The notes beneath the pieces are model-generated. The model ran no database searches. It worked only from the letters and a program-made list of their open reading frames with translations, and was not told the origin of the DNA. This document shows, in pieces, positions 63,012 to 64,000 of a DNA stretch of 64,000 nucleotides (within the stretch, counting starts at the first letter, position 1; every line of letters starts with the position of its first letter). This stretch comes from an uncultured Candidatus Rokubacteria bacterium (GTDB taxonomy: Bacteria; Methylomirabilota; Methylomirabilia; Rokubacteriales; CSP1-6), in contig CAVWFS010000007.1 of NCBI GenBank assembly GCA_963754315.1, forward strand, positions 256,001-320,000. Direction: 5' to 3'. The translations under genes and the position numbers were made by a program.

Positions 63012-64000
63012 GGCTCCGCTCTAGTTCTCCCCCGAACTTCGGGTGGGCGATAGCAATGAGCGCTGCCGCCCGCTCGCGCTCGCCCCGTCCCCTGAGCTGG
63101 GCCGTCCCGAACTCCGTGACGACGCTGTCGGCGGCGTAGCGGGGCGTGGTGACTGCAGTTCCGGTCGGCAGGCGCGCGACGATACGTGATACCGAGCCTC
63201 CCCGGCCCGTCGACGGCAGGGCGATGATGCTTCTCCCCCCTACCGAACGGGAGGCACCCAGGGTGAAGTCGAACTGACCGCCGACGCCAGCGACCTGACG
63301 CGTACCCAGGCTCTCCGCGTTCACTTGTCCGGTCAGATCGACTTCCAGAGCCGAGTTGATCGCAACGAAGCGGTCGATGCGGGCAACCACCTCGGGATCG
63401 TGCACGAACGCCGACGATTCCATGTTGACCATGGACTGCTCGTGGATGAACTCAAACAGGCGTCTGGTACCCATGGCCTCTGCAATGTCCATCCGGCCCC
63501 GGTGAAAGGTCTTGCGTGTGCAGGTGACGACACCACGCTCCACGAGCGACACAGCCGCGTCGACGAGCAAGGAGTGCAGAGCGAGGTCGCGGTGGTTTGT
63601 CAGTGCCTCCAGCACCGCTTGCGGAATGGCTCCCACTCCCACCTGGACGGTCGCCCCGTCCGGCACCAAAGCAGCCGTGTGCCGGCCGATGGCTCGCTCT
63701 ACCTCCCCGACCGGCGGGGGCGGGTACGGCACGAGCGGCGCGTCCGTCTCTGCCCATACGTCAATCTGGCTCCGATGGAGGAACGCGTTGCCGTGTGCTC
63801 GGGGCATCTGAGGATTGATCTGGGCGATGACCAGCGGAGCCTCGCGCGCCGCGGGAAGAACGATCCCGGTCGACACGCCCAAGCTCAGATAACCGCCAGC
63901 GTCGGGCGGAGCCGTGTGGACGACAACACAATCGGGTGCCCACCACCCGCCCCGTCCGAAAAGGGACACGAGGTCGAAGTAACGAACCGGGACGAACTCG
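63001..64000 (-). CDS. Acetyl-CoA hydrolase/transferase family protein (4-hydroxybutyrate CoA-transferase-like), 5' end off the window
   Basis: QVGVGAIP, INSALEVDLTGQ, GVGGQFDF, VTEFG and IAHP. Confidence 0.9.
   Translation of the reverse strand, partial: EFVPVRYFDLVSLFGRGGWWAPDCVVVHTAPPDAGGYLSLGVSTGIVLPAAREAPLVIAQINPQMPRAHGNAFLHRSQIDVWAETDAPLVPYPPPPVGEVERAIGRHTAALVPDGATVQVGVGAIPQAVLEALTNHRDLALHSLLVDAAVSLVERGVVTCTRKTFHRGRMDIAEAMGTRRLFEFIHEQSMVNMESSAFVHDPEVVARIDRFVAINSALEVDLTGQVNAESLGTRQVAGVGGQFDFTLGASRSVGGRSIIALPSTGRGGSVSRIVARLPTGTAVTTPRYAADSVVTEFGTAQLRGRGERERAAALIAIAHPKFGGELERSLTV

Overview
A high-GC bacterial chromosomal segment. Gene content and style suggest Candidatus Rokubacteria/Methylomirabilota or a similar soil diderm (inference only). 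Many genes carry single-base frameshifts, including normally essential ones (argS, folP), so these are most likely long-read consensus errors and not pseudogenes. Left to right: (1) a minus-strand type II PKS-like lipid/polyene operon with two KS + chain-length-factor pairs, ACP, GT2, a MacB-type permease and a lipoprotein with a papain-like Cys-His-Asp motif set, headed by a run of DnaA-box-like 9-mers; (2) a housekeeping block argS-SPOR-hpt-ftsH-folP-glmM-acpS-nnr-tsaE-radC; (3) a cobamide salvage/remodelling operon (cobU cobT btuFCD btuB cbiZ tonB cobQ cbiB) with two cobalamin riboswitches in series, plus cobS-cobC 13 kb away; (4) a Cache-HAMP-GAF-GAF kinase / receiver / receiver-cyclase / cupin operon preceded by a 21-codon AbrB/VapB antitoxin stub; (5) peroxiredoxin, DUF169, Hsp15, DUF3047, a peptide ABC system with GGT, pckG, a palindromic REP-like repeat cluster and an acyl-CoA carboxyltransferase; (6) an ECF sigma factor fused in frame to a TM/signal-like segment and an exported domain, with an ECF-type promoter; (7) aroQ, a type II secretion operon (gspE to gspD), btpA, nagZ and a nucleoside hydrolase; (8) an Rdx-family CxxU selenoprotein with a SECIS-like hairpin, missed by the ORF track, and a CoA-transferase. 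The best candidates for undescribed systems are the membrane-fused ECF sigma, the dual KS/CLF cluster with its papain-fold lipoprotein, and the antitoxin-stub leader of the signalling operon.
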